Source: Eledone cirrhosa
Taxonomy: Eukaryota
Assembly: GCA_964016885.1 (NCBI GenBank)
Contig: OZ024743.1
Coordinates: forward strand, 96,906,001 to 96,970,000
DNA: 64,000 nt
Direction: 5' to 3'
Shown in pieces: positions 1 through 13,838 of the stretch. The number at the start of each line of letters is the position of its first letter. Positions within the stretch are counted from its first letter, which is position 1. The notes beneath the pieces were generated by a model. The model was not told where the DNA came from, searched no databases, and saw only the letters and a list, made by a program, of their open reading frames with translations. Both the position numbers and the translations under genes were made by a program.

Positions 1-770
1 CGACATCTAACAACTGATGCAGGGAGTTTGTTCCATGCTTCAGCAACTCTGAGCGTGAAAAAATGTTTCCGAAAGTCATGGGAACTGTGCTGTTTTCTGA
101 CTTTGTGGGCATGCCCACGTGTGTTAGACACATGGAATTCAAAAAGGTACTCAGGGTTGCTGTTGGCAAGATGGTTAATCAATTTGTGGGTGTTTACCAA
201 GTCAGTTGCCAGACGTCAGAGCTTCAATGTATCCATTCCCAAGGAAGCAAGGCGTTCAGAGTATGGTAGATGCCTGATGGAGGGTATTCGCTTGGTTGCA
301 CGTCTCTGAACAGTTTCCAGGCGGTCAATGTTCTGAGCAAGATAGGGGTTCCAGACTGGTGATGCAAATTCTAAGTGTGGCCGCACCGTAGCCATGTACA
401 GCTTTAAATAGATAGCTGGAGAGCGGCTGACAAAGGTCTTGCTGAGTGATGCTAAGACACCCTCGACCTTCTTGACAATTTTAGAGACATGCTTCGTCCA
501 ACGCAAATCGCTGCTGACCGACCGTAATACCCAGGTCACGTTCACGAGAAAACTTCTTGATATTAGTGTTGTGGACGCTGGGTTTTTACTCCCAAAATGC
601 ATGGTGGTGTACTTGTCAACAGCTAGCTTGAGATGCCAGTCCGTGATCCATTGTTGAATGTGTCCAGGTCAGATTGCAGGCAAGATCTATAGTGTTCAGG
701 GTCTGTCCTTTTTATTTCAAGGTACTGCTAGATGTCATCTGCATATTTCAGTACTGTGGAATTCTTTAAT
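1..770 (-). mobile_element. CR1-group non-LTR retrotransposon fragment (RT C-terminal part), family CR1-a, decayed
   Basis: ORF 216..602(-) reads YMATVRPHLEFASPVWNPY...LETVQRRATKRIP...YSERL; YADD codons near 735-746; closely similar to 12047..13125; 5' end abuts (TA)n. Confidence 0.85.
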
Positions 771-789
771 ATATATATATATGTATGTA

Positions 790-898
790 TATCCCCAGTT
801 CAATCCGTGGTAACCACAGCAAGTAAGGTAATCAATCCATAGCCGAGTATAAATATTTAATATAGAAACAGTTCTAGTCCTGTAGAAGCCATTTCTAT
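790..898. repeat. Fragment of the hairpin/hammerhead family also at 40155..40365
   Basis: ggtaaccacagcaagtaaggtaatcaat and gaaacagttctagtcctgtagaagc match the reverse complement of the 40155..40365 element; only the hammerhead 3' half (GAAACAG..CTGTA) is present. Confidence 0.6.
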
Positions 899-956
899 CA
901 TCATCATTTTATGTCCGCTTTTCCCTGCTTATATAGATACATACATATATATATAT

Positions 957-1002
<46 letters not shown>

Positions 1003-1146
1003 CCAAAAATTAATATGCTTCATTGATTACTCAATGACTACAGTTTTACAATAGATTAAAAGCACTCAACAAGAAAGTTTTCCTGGAGTTTTTAATATTA
1101 TTCAAAATATTAACAAATGAAGATATTCACATAATCAAAATATATG

Positions 1147-1208
1147 CTTTATTATATATATTTCGAAGGTACTGTGTTGTTTTTTCAGTACATCCTCTTC
1201 AGATAAAA
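1147..1208 (-). ncRNA. Type-I minimal hammerhead ribozyme motif
   Basis: Minus strand: ttttat-CTGAAGA-ggatgtactg/cagtaccttc-GAAA-tatatata-ataaag; stem I ttttat/ataaag, predicted AUA cleavage triplet. Confidence 0.7.
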
Positions 1209-1218
1209 TTTTATTTTA

Positions 1219-1280
1219 TTTTATCTGACGAGGACGTACTGAAAAAACAACACAGTACCTTCGAAATATATATAATAAAG
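1219..1280 (+). ncRNA. Type-I minimal hammerhead ribozyme motif
   Basis: ttttat-CTGACGA-ggacgtactg(aaaaaacaaca)cagtaccttc-GAAA-tatatata-ataaag; palindromic stem III typical of Penelope-associated hammerheads. Confidence 0.72.
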
Positions 1281-1665
1281 CATATATTTTGATTATGTGA
1301 ATATCTTCATTTGTTAATATTTTGAATAATATATATGTATATATATATATATACATACATATATATATACACACACACATATATATATATATATATACAT
1401 ACACATACACATACATATAATATATATACACACATATACAAAGCCATATTAATAGTTTGACGTTTTCCTCCATTAATAGTGGTTTTGTTAGATATACGAG
1501 TAAACACATTTGACTCTACTGATACAATCTCATTCAGTGTGAATCTAAAGAGGTAAACATGTTGACACTTAATGAAACTACTGGTAATGCACAAATAAGT
1601 CAATCTGTTATTTCAACTTCTACATGGTATGTTGCAATCACACTTCATTCATTTATAATCACAGT

Positions 1666-1880
<215 letters not shown>

Positions 1881-2178
1881 AGAAATGTTAGCTATCGCCG
1901 TATTTTGACTAAAGAAATTAAAGAAATTATTAAGACTGATAGTGGGGTTAAGAACCGTCGGAGAAATGGAAAAAGATGAGTATTGACGTATATAATAACT
2001 AGAAATTGATTAACATATAAATAAATATGAATAATCACAGGAGATAATTTTTACAAGTGTGTAACCACACATAGCTAGGTAGGTAACTAAATAAAGTTGA
2101 CCAGATATGGCGCATTTCTTTCTGGCATGACACCCATAATTTTGATTTAGATTAAATTCATTTGATTTATCTTAATTT

Positions 2179-2247
<69 letters not shown>

Positions 2248-2335
2248 TATAATATATCATCATCCTCGTTTAATGTCCACTTTCCACAAGGGTTATTATA
2301 TATATATATTATATATATATATATATATAATATAT

Positions 2336-2388
<53 letters not shown>

Positions 2389-2449
2389 ATATATAGAAAT
2401 GAAAGATATAGAAAACATTGCAGCGAAAAGCCAACAGTATTCCATAATA

Positions 2450-2958
2450 TATCTATCTATCTAAGGCGGGTAAAATTCCTGAGATCCATGGACGAGTTCT
2501 CTCCAGCGGTCTCTGTCCCTCATTATCGCTGCCATGTCCTGCATCTCCAACAGACCAGTGTCTGTCCTTAGGGCATCAACATACGTTAACCTTGGTCTTC
2601 CTCTTCTAGTGTGTCCATGTAGGGGCTCCCAAAGGAGCACTGAGTGCAATGTCAACTCTGGATGTCGGTGAGCATGTCCAGCTAACCTCAGTCTCCTCTG
2701 TGTCACTTTTGAGCTGACTTTTGGGAATACGGAAGATGATGTGGTTGAGAGGAAGAGCAAGGCCTGGGCGGCGTGCCACAGCTTGAGATCGGTGTGGAAG
2801 TCGGACCTTCGTAGAGACCTGAAAGTCCACCTCTTCATTGCTGTAGTGGAGTCTGTGCTGTTGTATGGGTCTGAGACTTGGACACTGACCAAGAAACTCA
2901 CTCAGATGGTGGATGGGTGCTACACGAGAATGTTGAGGATGGCTCTGAACATTAATCA
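2450..2958 (-). mobile_element. RTE-group LINE 3' end (family RTE-C) with an inverted 5' segment
   Basis: Minus 2461..~2720: RRLRLAGHAHRHPE...RRGRPRLTYVDALRTD...RDRWRE* then a (TAGA)n-like tail; plus ~2730..2958: VESVLLYGSETWTLTKK...MLRMALNI, the upstream part of the same protein type. Confidence 0.8.
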
Positions 2959-2965
2959 GTATATA

Positions 2966-3572
2966 TCATCATCATCATCATACGTCCGCCTTTCCCTGCT
3001 TGCAAGGGTGGGACGGGTCTTATTCAGCACAGCATCTCTCCACTCGTCACGGTCCCTCGTCATCTCCACCGTGAGCTTCAATGATCTGAGTTCTGTTCTC
3101 ACCACCTCCGCCCATGTTTTTTGTGGTCTACCTCTACCACGTCTTCCTTCAACTGGCAATTCCTGGCACTTCTTCACCCATCGGTCATCCTCCATGCACA
3201 TCACATGTCCATACCACCTCAGTCTCCTCTCCCGTACACTACATTCTATCCCTCTCAGACACAGTTTCTCTCCCAACACATTTATGCTGGGTCGTTCACA
3301 CACATTTACACTGCACATCCAATGGAGCATGCGCCTCATTTCTCTCCAGCCGTCGCATATCCTCTGCAGTTGCTGCCCATGTCTCACTACCATGCAGCAT
3401 CGCGCTATTCACACAGCCATCATACAACCGGCCTTTCGTACGCAGGGAGAAACCCTTCTTCGTCAACAGAGGAAGCAGCTCCCTAAACTTCTTCCAACCC
3501 GTCCTTCTTCTAGATACTATGGCCTCGGAACACCCTCCTCCCATGCTAATCTGATCTCCTAGGTACCGGAAG
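2966..3572 (-). mobile_element. RTE LINE 3' fragment, family RTE-A, frameshifted
   Basis: FRYLG...MLHGSETW...RLRWYGHV...GRGRPQKTW; (GAT)n tail; close to 44831..45433. Confidence 0.9.
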
Positions 3573-3757
3573 CTATATATATATATAATACAAATAAAAT
3601 TATCGAGAATCGAAACTTCGGCCCACGAAATAAAGAAAAACAATCTCCGAAATGTGCAGCAAAGTGCTCAATGGTTTGGATGAACCAGAACTATAACTAA
3701 CGTTTAATACCAAACACACTGAGACGATGTTTAAACAATCATTCGCACAGCCAAAAA

Positions 3758-3808
3758 ATACGATCAAGTAATTCGGGTCAAACAAATAAAAATATACATG
3801 ATTGAAAA

Positions 3809-3842
<34 letters not shown>

Positions 3843-3890
3843 TTCAATCATGTATATTTTTATTTGTTTGACCCGAATTACTTGATCGTA

Positions 3891-3891
<1 letters not shown>
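3758..3891. repeat. ~55-bp inverted repeat centred on a (TA)n tract
   Basis: atacgatcaagtaattcgggtcaaacaaat...gattgaaaaa / tttttcaatc...cccgaattacttgatcgtat. Confidence 0.9.
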
Positions 3892-4886
<995 letters not shown>

Positions 4887-4889
4887 AGG

Positions 4890-5259
4890 AAAAGAGTCAT
4901 TTTAGTTAGAACTAGCTGTCAAAACGGCTGGAGCTCAGCCATCGGGGTCCTGACTCTTTTCCTATTATCCACTCTACTACCCTAAGTATCGAGTAACTCT
5001 GGTGGGTTATGATCCACCTGGTTCCTTACCACACTTTCTTTGTTATATATATATATATATATATATAGGAACAAATATGACCCCGACGGCAGAGCTCAAG
5101 CCGTTTGGACGGTTATTTCTGGACTGAAATAGCCGTGAAACGGCTTGAGCTCTGCCGTCGGGGTCATATTTGTTCCTATTACCCACTCTACTACACTAAG
5201 TATTGAGTACTTTGGTGCGTTATGGGCCATCTGGTTCCTTACCACAATTCCTTTGTTAT
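4890..5259 (+). repeat. Two copies (4890..5044, 5067..5259) of a TA-terminated element with a hammerhead 3' half; the second copy folds back (5067..5178)
   Basis: GAAACGGC-ttgagctct-GCCGT-C-gggg forms stem III + GUC; shared tail cactctactac..aagtattgagtac..gttccttacc..ttgttatata; third copy at 8317..8452. Confidence 0.65.
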
Positions 5260-6679
5260 ATATATATATATATGTTGGCTGTCCTTATTTGTTTGAGGAA
5301 TACTATCAATGGTTTTAAAATGAATCATGCTTTTGACATGATTCCTACATGCCTTTAGGAAAACCTTGTAAAGAAAGCTACATACATGCGTATCAGTATG
5401 CAAGTGAATATTCTGACATTACATTAATAGATTTGTAGACATTCCCACATGATCTGCACATCTTATACAACATATTGACTCTTTAGCTGGCCCTATGAAC
5501 TTATGTATATGTAAGTAGGTAAGTATATATATATATATAAATATATATATGTATTTATATAGAATGGAAAACGAAAAAGTAGGCATATATATATATATGG
5601 AGAGATGCTGTGCTGAAAAGGACCCATCCCAACCTTGCAAGCAAGGAAAAGCGGATGTAAAATGAGGATGATGATGATGATATATATATATATATATATA
5701 TAAAACAAAGGCAAAACGTTCCGATGAATAATGTTATGCTAATAAAATTTCACACAGTCTGGTTCAACAATCAGTAAACAAAAGCCCCGAACCAATTCTT
5801 CAGAGGTATAATCCATATGCTATAAGTATTTAAGCTTTGAATAAACAAATCTGACATGTTGTATGAATGCAGAAGTACAGGGCATTTATATAATAATGGA
5901 TAGACAAGCAAGATGAAGAAATTTAAAACATTTTATTCATCTTACATATGTTACAACAAGAGATGATAAAAGAAAATGGTGAAAGTCTTGCGCAAGCTCC
6001 GTTATTGAAACATAGGGATGTCTATATATTAGATTCTGAGTTTGACAAAAAAAAGTTACCTTTAACACTTAATGTCACTCAATCCTACCAATTTCAAGAT
6101 AAACTTCCAAATTTCACGATTTCATATCTGAAAATAACATTCTCAAACAGAGAGGTTGCTGATCCTTGTCCTGACTGAAGAGCCCTCTCTGCTCTGTGGT
6201 GGTTTGGGTAGCATAGGAGAAGGGCATAAGTATGAATTTATGGATAAGTGACAAGTGTTGTGTGATTTGACAGGTTGATGAGTGTGGAAGGAGAAGGGGT
6301 GACTTTTTATATCATAGAGAGTGAGAGGATGTGGTGGTGAGAGCAATTAAGTAAAGATGGTGGTGTGTGTGTGTGGGGGGGGTCAGTAGTAGAAGGTGGG
6401 TGTGGCACTTACCAGAGAAGGGAAGGGAGGTGTGATAGTAGAGGGGGCATATGGGTGTAGAGAAGGTGCAATAGTGAGGGTATCTAAGGTGTTTACAAGA
6501 GCCAGTAGCTAACAAGTGATACTGGAGAGGGAATGGAAGTAGTGTGGGGTGTGATGAGAAGGATAACTGCTAGGGAGTGCTAGTGGAAGGGGGCCACAGG
6601 ATAAGTCAGATCACATTGTATGCTGTTAAGGAGTATTAGTGGAAGCAGATGGACATGGGGATAAGTCAGGCCATATTGT

Positions 6680-7280
6680 ATGCTGTTGGCTGGGTCTTCA
6701 CCAGCACAACATAGTACCAGCCCCCATCGTCCTTTGACATCTCTGTTGTGAGGTTTAGTTTTTTAAAGTTGTTCTTCACAACTTCATTCCAGGTTTTTCT
6801 GGGTCTCCTTCTAACATGGATCCCAGCCATTGGTATTTCTCTGCAGTTTTTATGCAGCTCTTATCTTCCATATGCATCACACATCCATACAAATGCTGTT
6901 TTCTCTCTTGCACACTACATCCAATTCCTCTTATGCCAAGTTTTTGTCTTACTTTGTTTATGTTATATATGTACACTAACATTACACATTCATTAGAGCA
7001 TATTCTGTTCATTTCTTTTTAGCCTCTGCAGGTCTTCTGTAGTCAAGGCCTATGTTTCACTGCCATATAGCATTACAGTTCATACATGTGTATCATTGAG
7101 TCTACTCTTCACTTTGAGAGAGAAGCCCATAGTTTTCAGCAGAGTTACCAACTCTCTAAAGTTTTTCCAGCCTCTTCTTTAACCAGTTATCACACTTTCA
7201 GAACATCCTTCTCCACTGCTAATTTAGTCAAATAGGTAACAAAAGCTGTCAACAACTTCTAAGTAGCCTCCCTGACAACA
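6680..7280 (-). mobile_element. Old, decayed RTE LINE fragment
   Basis: KLGIRGIGCSVQER..LYGCVMHMED in ORF 6776..7012; degenerate GSE codons; many stops. Confidence 0.7.
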
Positions 7281-7949
7281 GAAGATATTTATTTCTCATC
7301 TACTCTAAAAGAATCACCTGAAATCGAGTTGAACAATTCCCTTCTTAAGAAGTGTAACTCTACATAGAATAGTATTAAGAATGAATCATATTTAACTTGG
7401 TGATATCTAACATCTAACTGATAAAATGACAGGTCAGTCAATCATATTGGTGGCCTCCCCACAGCCCCTAGCATAATGCTGTTTATAGTAAAATGATATA
7501 TAATTAAATAATTCCTTAATTACACTATGCTATATAAACTCGAATCTCTGATTTAACTTGACTCCCTCTCTCTTTCACACTGACCATTGCAGTATTGCAT
7601 TTTAATTTCATTTAAATTAATTACACTAATTGTTTTCTATATTCTTTAATCATTATCAAACATATATCTACTAAATTATGATGAATTTGTTCTACCTATC
7701 TATATATCTATCTGTTCATATGTAGATGGCTATTGGGATTCATGCTTTGTTGGTGTTTCTTTTGTTCAAAGATAGATACATTGGTAAATATACATAAATA
7801 GAGAGATGTATATAGACAGGTAGTTAGATGGAGTATTGATAGACAGATTGGTAGATAGATATATAGACAGTTTATTTGAATGGTAGATATATATGTAAAT
7901 TGATAGATAAAAAATAGATAGTTAGAAGGATAGAAAAATAGATACTCAA

Positions 7950-7981
<32 letters not shown>

Positions 7982-8112
7982 GTGCGGTTTTTTTTACAAA
8001 ATGAAAAATAACCGAGGTGTCCTACATGAGTGAAAGTATAAAGAAAAAGAGATGAACTCGAAAATGCAACTGGAGTCTTATTTTAAAAAAAAATATATAT
8101 ATTTATTTGGTT

Positions 8113-8150
8113 CCTTTACCGGTTTCGCAGTTCTTCTGCTTTTCAAAAGG
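8113..8150 (-). ncRNA. Minimal hammerhead, U3:A8 core variant
   Basis: Reverse complement of 8226..8263. Confidence 0.68.
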
Positions 8151-8225
8151 TGAGTTGAGATGGAGGGTCTGTGGTTTTTCTCACATCCGATGTGAGAAAA
8201 ACCACAGACCCTCCATCTCAACTCA

Positions 8226-8263
8226 CCTTTTGAAAAGCAGAAGAACTGCGAAACCGGTAAAGG
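8226..8263 (+). ncRNA. Minimal hammerhead, U3:A8 core variant
   Basis: cctt-TTGAAAA-gcag(aagaa)ctgc-GAAA-CCGGT-A-aagg; stems I and II perfect, palindromic stem III ACCGGT, GUA triplet. Confidence 0.7.
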
Positions 8264-8316
8264 AACCAAATAAATATATATATTTTTAAAAAAGATATAT
8301 ATATATATATATATTT

Positions 8317-8452
8317 GAAATACCCGTCGAAACGGCTTGATCTCTGCCGTCAGGGTCTTGAACATTTTCCTATTACCCACTCTACTACTCTAAGTATTGA
8401 GTACTCTGGTGCATTATGGTCCATCTAGTTCCTTACCGCACTTCCTTCGTTA
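8317..8452 (+). repeat. Third copy of the 4890/5067 element (hammerhead 3' half + conserved tail)
   Basis: ccgtcGAAACGGCttgatctctGCCGTC...aagtattgagtact...gttccttacc..ttatata. Confidence 0.7.
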
Positions 8453-8881
8453 TATATATATATATATATATATATAAAGAGAAAGAGAGAGAGAGATTGT
8501 TTCTATTGTCTGCCAATAGATACATAGGTGGCTAGCTATACATATAGCAGCTGTTTACCATTGATAATCAAAAGTGAGAATATCTCTTGTCAACACTGAG
8601 TGGGAAAAAGAGAGGTAGGCAGAGATGTGAGGGCACATAACATGCTCAGATTACCACTTCCTAGACATATCTAGCACAAAGTGGTTGTCACATGATCATG
8701 TGTTATTTTATTGTGATACACACACACATATATATGCCCGTGCACACATGCATACACACACATATATATATATATACCCGTGCACACATGCACACACACA
8801 CATACACACACATATATCATGATCATCATTTAATGTCCATCTTTCATGCTAGCATGGGTTGGACGGTGTGTGTGTGTACAT

Positions 8882-8913
<32 letters not shown>

Positions 8914-9127
8914 GTCTGTTTGAATGTAAAAACTATGATTTTACCTGTCCTACATCTATTTCTCTGTGTTTATATCTCTTTTGTTCTCTTGCTCTGACTT
9001 TCTCTGATCAATATTATATTACACATCATCATCATCATCAGAGAGAGAGATTTTATAAAAAGTTACACTCTGATCATATCTACCTACAGATAAAGAACAT
9101 TTATTATTATATTGGACTTGGATGGGG

Positions 9128-9350
9128 GGGGCAAGGAATTGGCAGAGTCGTTAGAGCGTCGGACAAAATACTTTGCAGAATTTAGTCATGGCTTTTTCAG
9201 TTCTGAGTTCAAATCCTGCTACAGTTTGATTTGCTTTTCAACCTTACGGTGTCGATAAAATAAAGTACCAGTAATGCACTGGGGTTGATTTAATCAACTT
9301 TCCCTCCACCCAGAAATTGTTGGCCTTGTGCCTAAATCAGAAACCATTGT
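9128..9350 (+). mobile_element. tRNA-derived SINE (family S1)
   Basis: A-box-like tggcagagtcgtt, B-box gagttcaaatcc, body tcgataaaataaagtaccagt, tail ggccttgtgcc..agaaacc. Confidence 0.8.
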
Positions 9351-12046
9351 TAATATTGGACATACAGACACACACACACACACACACACATATGTTTAGA
9401 ATTCTCGCTCTGTCTGGACTATTGTTCAATTGTAGAGTACATATGCAAGACAAAACCAGATGTATTGTGGCATTTTGTGCAAAATCAGGCTTCTTTTAAT
9501 CTTTTTAACCAATGAAATCACTTGCTATTATTTACTCCTAAAGCAATATGTGGCATGACATGCATATATATACAACCAAAGATGTGTGTGGATGCACACT
9601 CATGCACACACACAAGCATTGCTATATGTAAGAAGAATGGTCTTGCTTACTGTATTAAGTCTAAATATACAATTTTTAAAATTAAAACTATACTCTTTTT
9701 CTGGATGTCTCTCCTTCCCTCTCTCTCAACAAAAATGACTGTTTTATATTATAATTGGATTTGCTATTTGTACTCATATATCTATATATATCTATATACA
9801 TACATATATATATAATATATGTATATATATATATGATCATCATCATCTAATGTCTGTTTTCCCTACTAGCATATACATATCAATATATATGTATGTATGT
9901 GTGTGTTAGTGTGTGTGTTTGCATTTGATTGCCTTGCATTCATGCAGGAAATACACACACACACATACATACATACATACATAGAAATATGTTTTCTTTA
10001 ATATGTCAGAAAAACAATTTCTGCAGACACACATATGTACATATTTTGTCATAGAACCCAAATGATTTTCAATCATTGCTGTGAAAAGTTTTAGAATATA
10101 GTTTCTTTATTCTTGTGCAATATTCAATTTGGCATATTTCTGAGAATTCCAATAGACTATTACATACTGGGCAATTCAGCAGAAGTGAATATTTAACAAT
10201 CTATTCAGAAATGAATGTGTAATATATTATATTTGTATATTGAAAGCCTGACTTATGAATAACCACGTGAAATCATTTCACCAGTAAATAACTTTCTATT
10301 TGTATGTTGTTATTGTTTAGTCCGAATTCACCCTGATAAAGCATTCTTCCTATGACCAAGTAATTTTATATCTTTTCAGTCATAGTGAACCCTGGACTAC
10401 ATTAACTATATATGTCCTTTTGAAAAGATAATAGGGTGTGGTTTGAGGGAGATTTAGCTGCTATTTCTAACACGTTTGTGTGTATGCATATAGTGTGTCA
10501 GAAAGATTTTTAAAAATTCACTCAGACATACACACTCACACACACACCTGTTAACACACATTTTTTAATACAGATAATACCATGCCATTTTCCTATACCT
10601 ATTTTTCTGTGTACAATCCTCTTAACACACAAGCTTGGCATATCATTCTATCAAGATTGTGTAACGTTTTACAGAAGAAACTTTAAAAACATTTTGCAAT
10701 CTTATTAAAAATCTTCAAGACAAATAAAAATTTTATCTTGGAAACATTCCCGGTACATGGCATGCTTTTCTATTCATGAATAATTCAACCTCCTACAAAT
10801 AGCAGCCAAATCATTTTCAAAATTCAACCACTCTATTCTGGTCCTTGTGATTTTCTAGCACCTCTCATACTTTCATCCAAACATGTGGGGTTTTATATTT
10901 GGAATTGGAAACTACTTCAGCTCTAAACAATTGCTGCCTGTAGAAGGTTCCATATTAAGTACAGCTTGCTGATGTGGTATTTAGTGCCTTTTGTACATGT
11001 GTGTGAGTATATGGAAACACACACATGCACTTATGCATATTTTGTCGCACATTTAAAAAGTAGCCATCTCACTGAAAGGAAAGCCCACACATGTGTCTCT
11101 TTACAATACTCTGTTCCATTAGAATTTCCAGCTCTGAAACCCTCCACTTCATACCAAAGCTAATTTCCTTCACACACTAACCTCATCAATTAGATGTTTT
11201 GAGTATATTGTAGTATGCTGATGTGTTTACTTCATGAGAGAGGATAACAAATCCTAGTGTGGGGGTCTCCTTATGTGTAGAGTCGAATTGGGAGTAATTG
11301 GTTCAATTGGCCTAAGTCTGGCCCTGCCAGTTAGTGCTAAACTCTTCTTTTCACAGAACTGCATCACACTGTAACTACCACCCTACAAACACCCAAACAC
11401 CTAGCCCAAAAGGCTAAGAGCCTAATCTGACAACTAATATATTAATGACACCATACATCCATATGTGCAACCATGACTGGGATTGCAACAACTATGGTCA
11501 CTTTTCACTTCTCACTCAGACTATCTAATAAAGTAAAAAATACATTTGTTTGGAATAAATAGCTCTAAATCTTTTTATATAGTAAATATATGTGGGAGAT
11601 TCATAGGTGACAAAAAGGATAAACATTACAATATCTTCTGTGTTTTGTTTTTCTGAATTTAATTTTGAATAAATATGATTGTATCTTTAATTTATCCAGA
11701 TGTGTTAGTATCAGCTACTTATAAAAGAACAAATATGGTCTTGTATTAAATAAAGAAATTACATAGTTTTTAGAATAGTACAATACTAGAATTTAAGGGA
11801 AGTAGTAATGGTTTGTATTGACAAAAATCAATATTTATGAATTTAGCAAAATAGTATGTCTATATGCTGTGAGTGGGAGAAAGTTCTAATATTTTAGGCA
11901 GGATTCTACTAGTGAGACTGATACAGTGAGTGTTCTTTTTAAGCATCCATTGTTTGGCATCTTGTGGTTGGCTTGAGATTTCATAAGATATTGAAAGGCT
12001 TAGCATTTATAAGATGGAGGCTTTTAGCTGTGAAGTTTAAAAAAAA

Positions 12047-13125
12047 ATAATAATGAAAATATTGTGTACAGTGTTCAGGTGCACTACAACTCATCAAAAG
12101 TGTATGTATAGTACATAGAGTAATGTACAAACGTCAGGAAAATGAACAGTGCATGAGTCATGATGTGTGCATATGTATGGAAGGGGGACATCAGGTGTAG
12201 CTTTGGCGAATTTCAGGAAGCATGAGGGTTTTAAAGGATGCATGTCTCGACAGCTAACAACTGACACAGGCAGTTTGTTCCATGCTTCAGCAACTCTAAG
12301 CATGATAAAATGTTTCCGAAAGTCATGGGAGCTGTGCTGTTTTCTGACTTTGTAGGCATGTCCACGTGTGTTAGACACATGGAGATCAAAAAGGTACTCA
12401 GAGTTGTTGTTGGCGAGATGGTTAATAACTTTGTGGGTGTTTACCAAGTCCATTGCCAGATGTCGGAGCTTCAATGGAAGCAAAGTGTTCAGAGTATGGT
12501 AGATGTCTGATGGAGGGTATGCACTTGGTTGCACATCTCTGAACAGTTTCCAGGAGGTCAATGTTCTGAGCAAGATAGGGGTTCTAGACTGATGATACGA
12601 ATTCCAAGTGTGGTCGTACCATAGCTGTATACAGCTTTAAATAGATGGCTGGAGAGCAGCTAACAAAGGTCTTGCTGAGTGATTCCAAGACACCCACGGC
12701 CTTCTTGATAATTTTAGAGATGTGCTTTGTCCAACGCAAATCGCTGCTGACAGTAATGCCCAGGTCACGTTCACAAGAGGACTTCTTGATATCAGTGTTG
12801 TGGAAGGAGTATGTGGACACTGGATTTTTCTTCCCAAAATGCATGGTGGTACACTCGTTCACAGCCAGCTTCAGTTGCCAGTCTGTGATCCATTGCTGCA
12901 TTGTGTCCAGGTCTGGTTGTAGGAAAGAGTTATAGATTTCAGGATCTGTCCTTTTGATTTCAAGGTACAGCATGATGTCATCTGCATATTTCAGTACTGT
13001 GGCATTCTTTAAGTTGGCATCTATGTCATTAATGTATGCAACAAACAAAAAGGGACCAAGAACAGATCCCTGTGGTACACCAGATGATATCTCATATGGT
13101 GAAGAATGCTGTCCTAGAACCATCT
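12047..13125 (-). mobile_element. CR1-group LINE 3' portion (family CR1-a), frameshifted
   Basis: SGVPQGSVLGPFLFVAYINDI...YADD...RDLGI...RPHLEF; ends in an (ATT)n-like tail; tail fragment also at ~42315..42425. Confidence 0.9.
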
Positions 13126-13800
13126 TCTCATTTTCTTTTTCAAATAAAGAGCCCTGCCCAGAATATCAGAATATGCTTCTCTTTAGGTTTATATTAATAT
13201 ATGCTATTATGGAAAGCATATATTTCTAACACTTTAAGCCATGCACTTCTTTCATGCATGCAAAATCAGGCATCTGAATCAAAATCACTGAAAAATGTTA
13301 TTCATCAATTAAACATGATAAATGAAAATAAATGTATAAATGATGGCAATGCTTTCTTAACCCTTTTGTTATCAACCCAACCAAAACCAACTGTGGTTCT
13401 TTGAAACAAAACCACCAATTTTAAAGGTTTCCAATTTAAATTCAAATCATCCAATAATTTTATATAAGAACCTTAAATTCAGATACTATCTTAGTAATGA
13501 AATAATTATTAATTTTAGTAAATCCCTCAAAATTCTTCATTAATTCATTGAGATAGAGCACATTTCATTAGAATTGCAGTCATGAAAGTGTTATCCATGC
13601 TAAAGCAATGATATAAAGCAATCACTGAAATGTGTAGCAAATGATGAAAATACTATCAATACTATATAACAGAGTAGAATACCAGACTGATATGATATAG
13701 TCAAACATTGTCAGTACAGGATTACTGCACTGGCAGGTTCAAAATAATAATTTTCTCTCAATTTACCCTCAGTGATGATGATGATGATGATGATGATGAC

Positions 13801-13834
<34 letters not shown>

Positions 13835-13838
<4 letters not shown>

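Larger units (their letters stand above)
1095..1332. repeat. Near-perfect palindrome (~115-bp arms) carrying two back-to-back hammerhead motifs
   Basis: 1095..1208 is the reverse complement of 1219..1332 with 2 mismatches; TA-rich tracts on both sides. Confidence 0.9.
7975..8287. repeat. Fold-back element: shared leader plus perfect 99-bp-arm palindrome (8089..8287, centre 8188)
   Basis: Arms are exact reverse complements; second copy at 50238..50530 has the same leader (acaaaatgaaaaataaccgag..tgtcctaca). Confidence 0.9.

Noticed and set aside
2741-3562. 273-aa chimeric ORF
   Set aside because: Read-through from an inverted RTE-C piece into the antisense of an RTE-A copy
13357-13593. Further TTAACCCTT-type MITE
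   Set aside because: Right end too degenerate to support by eye
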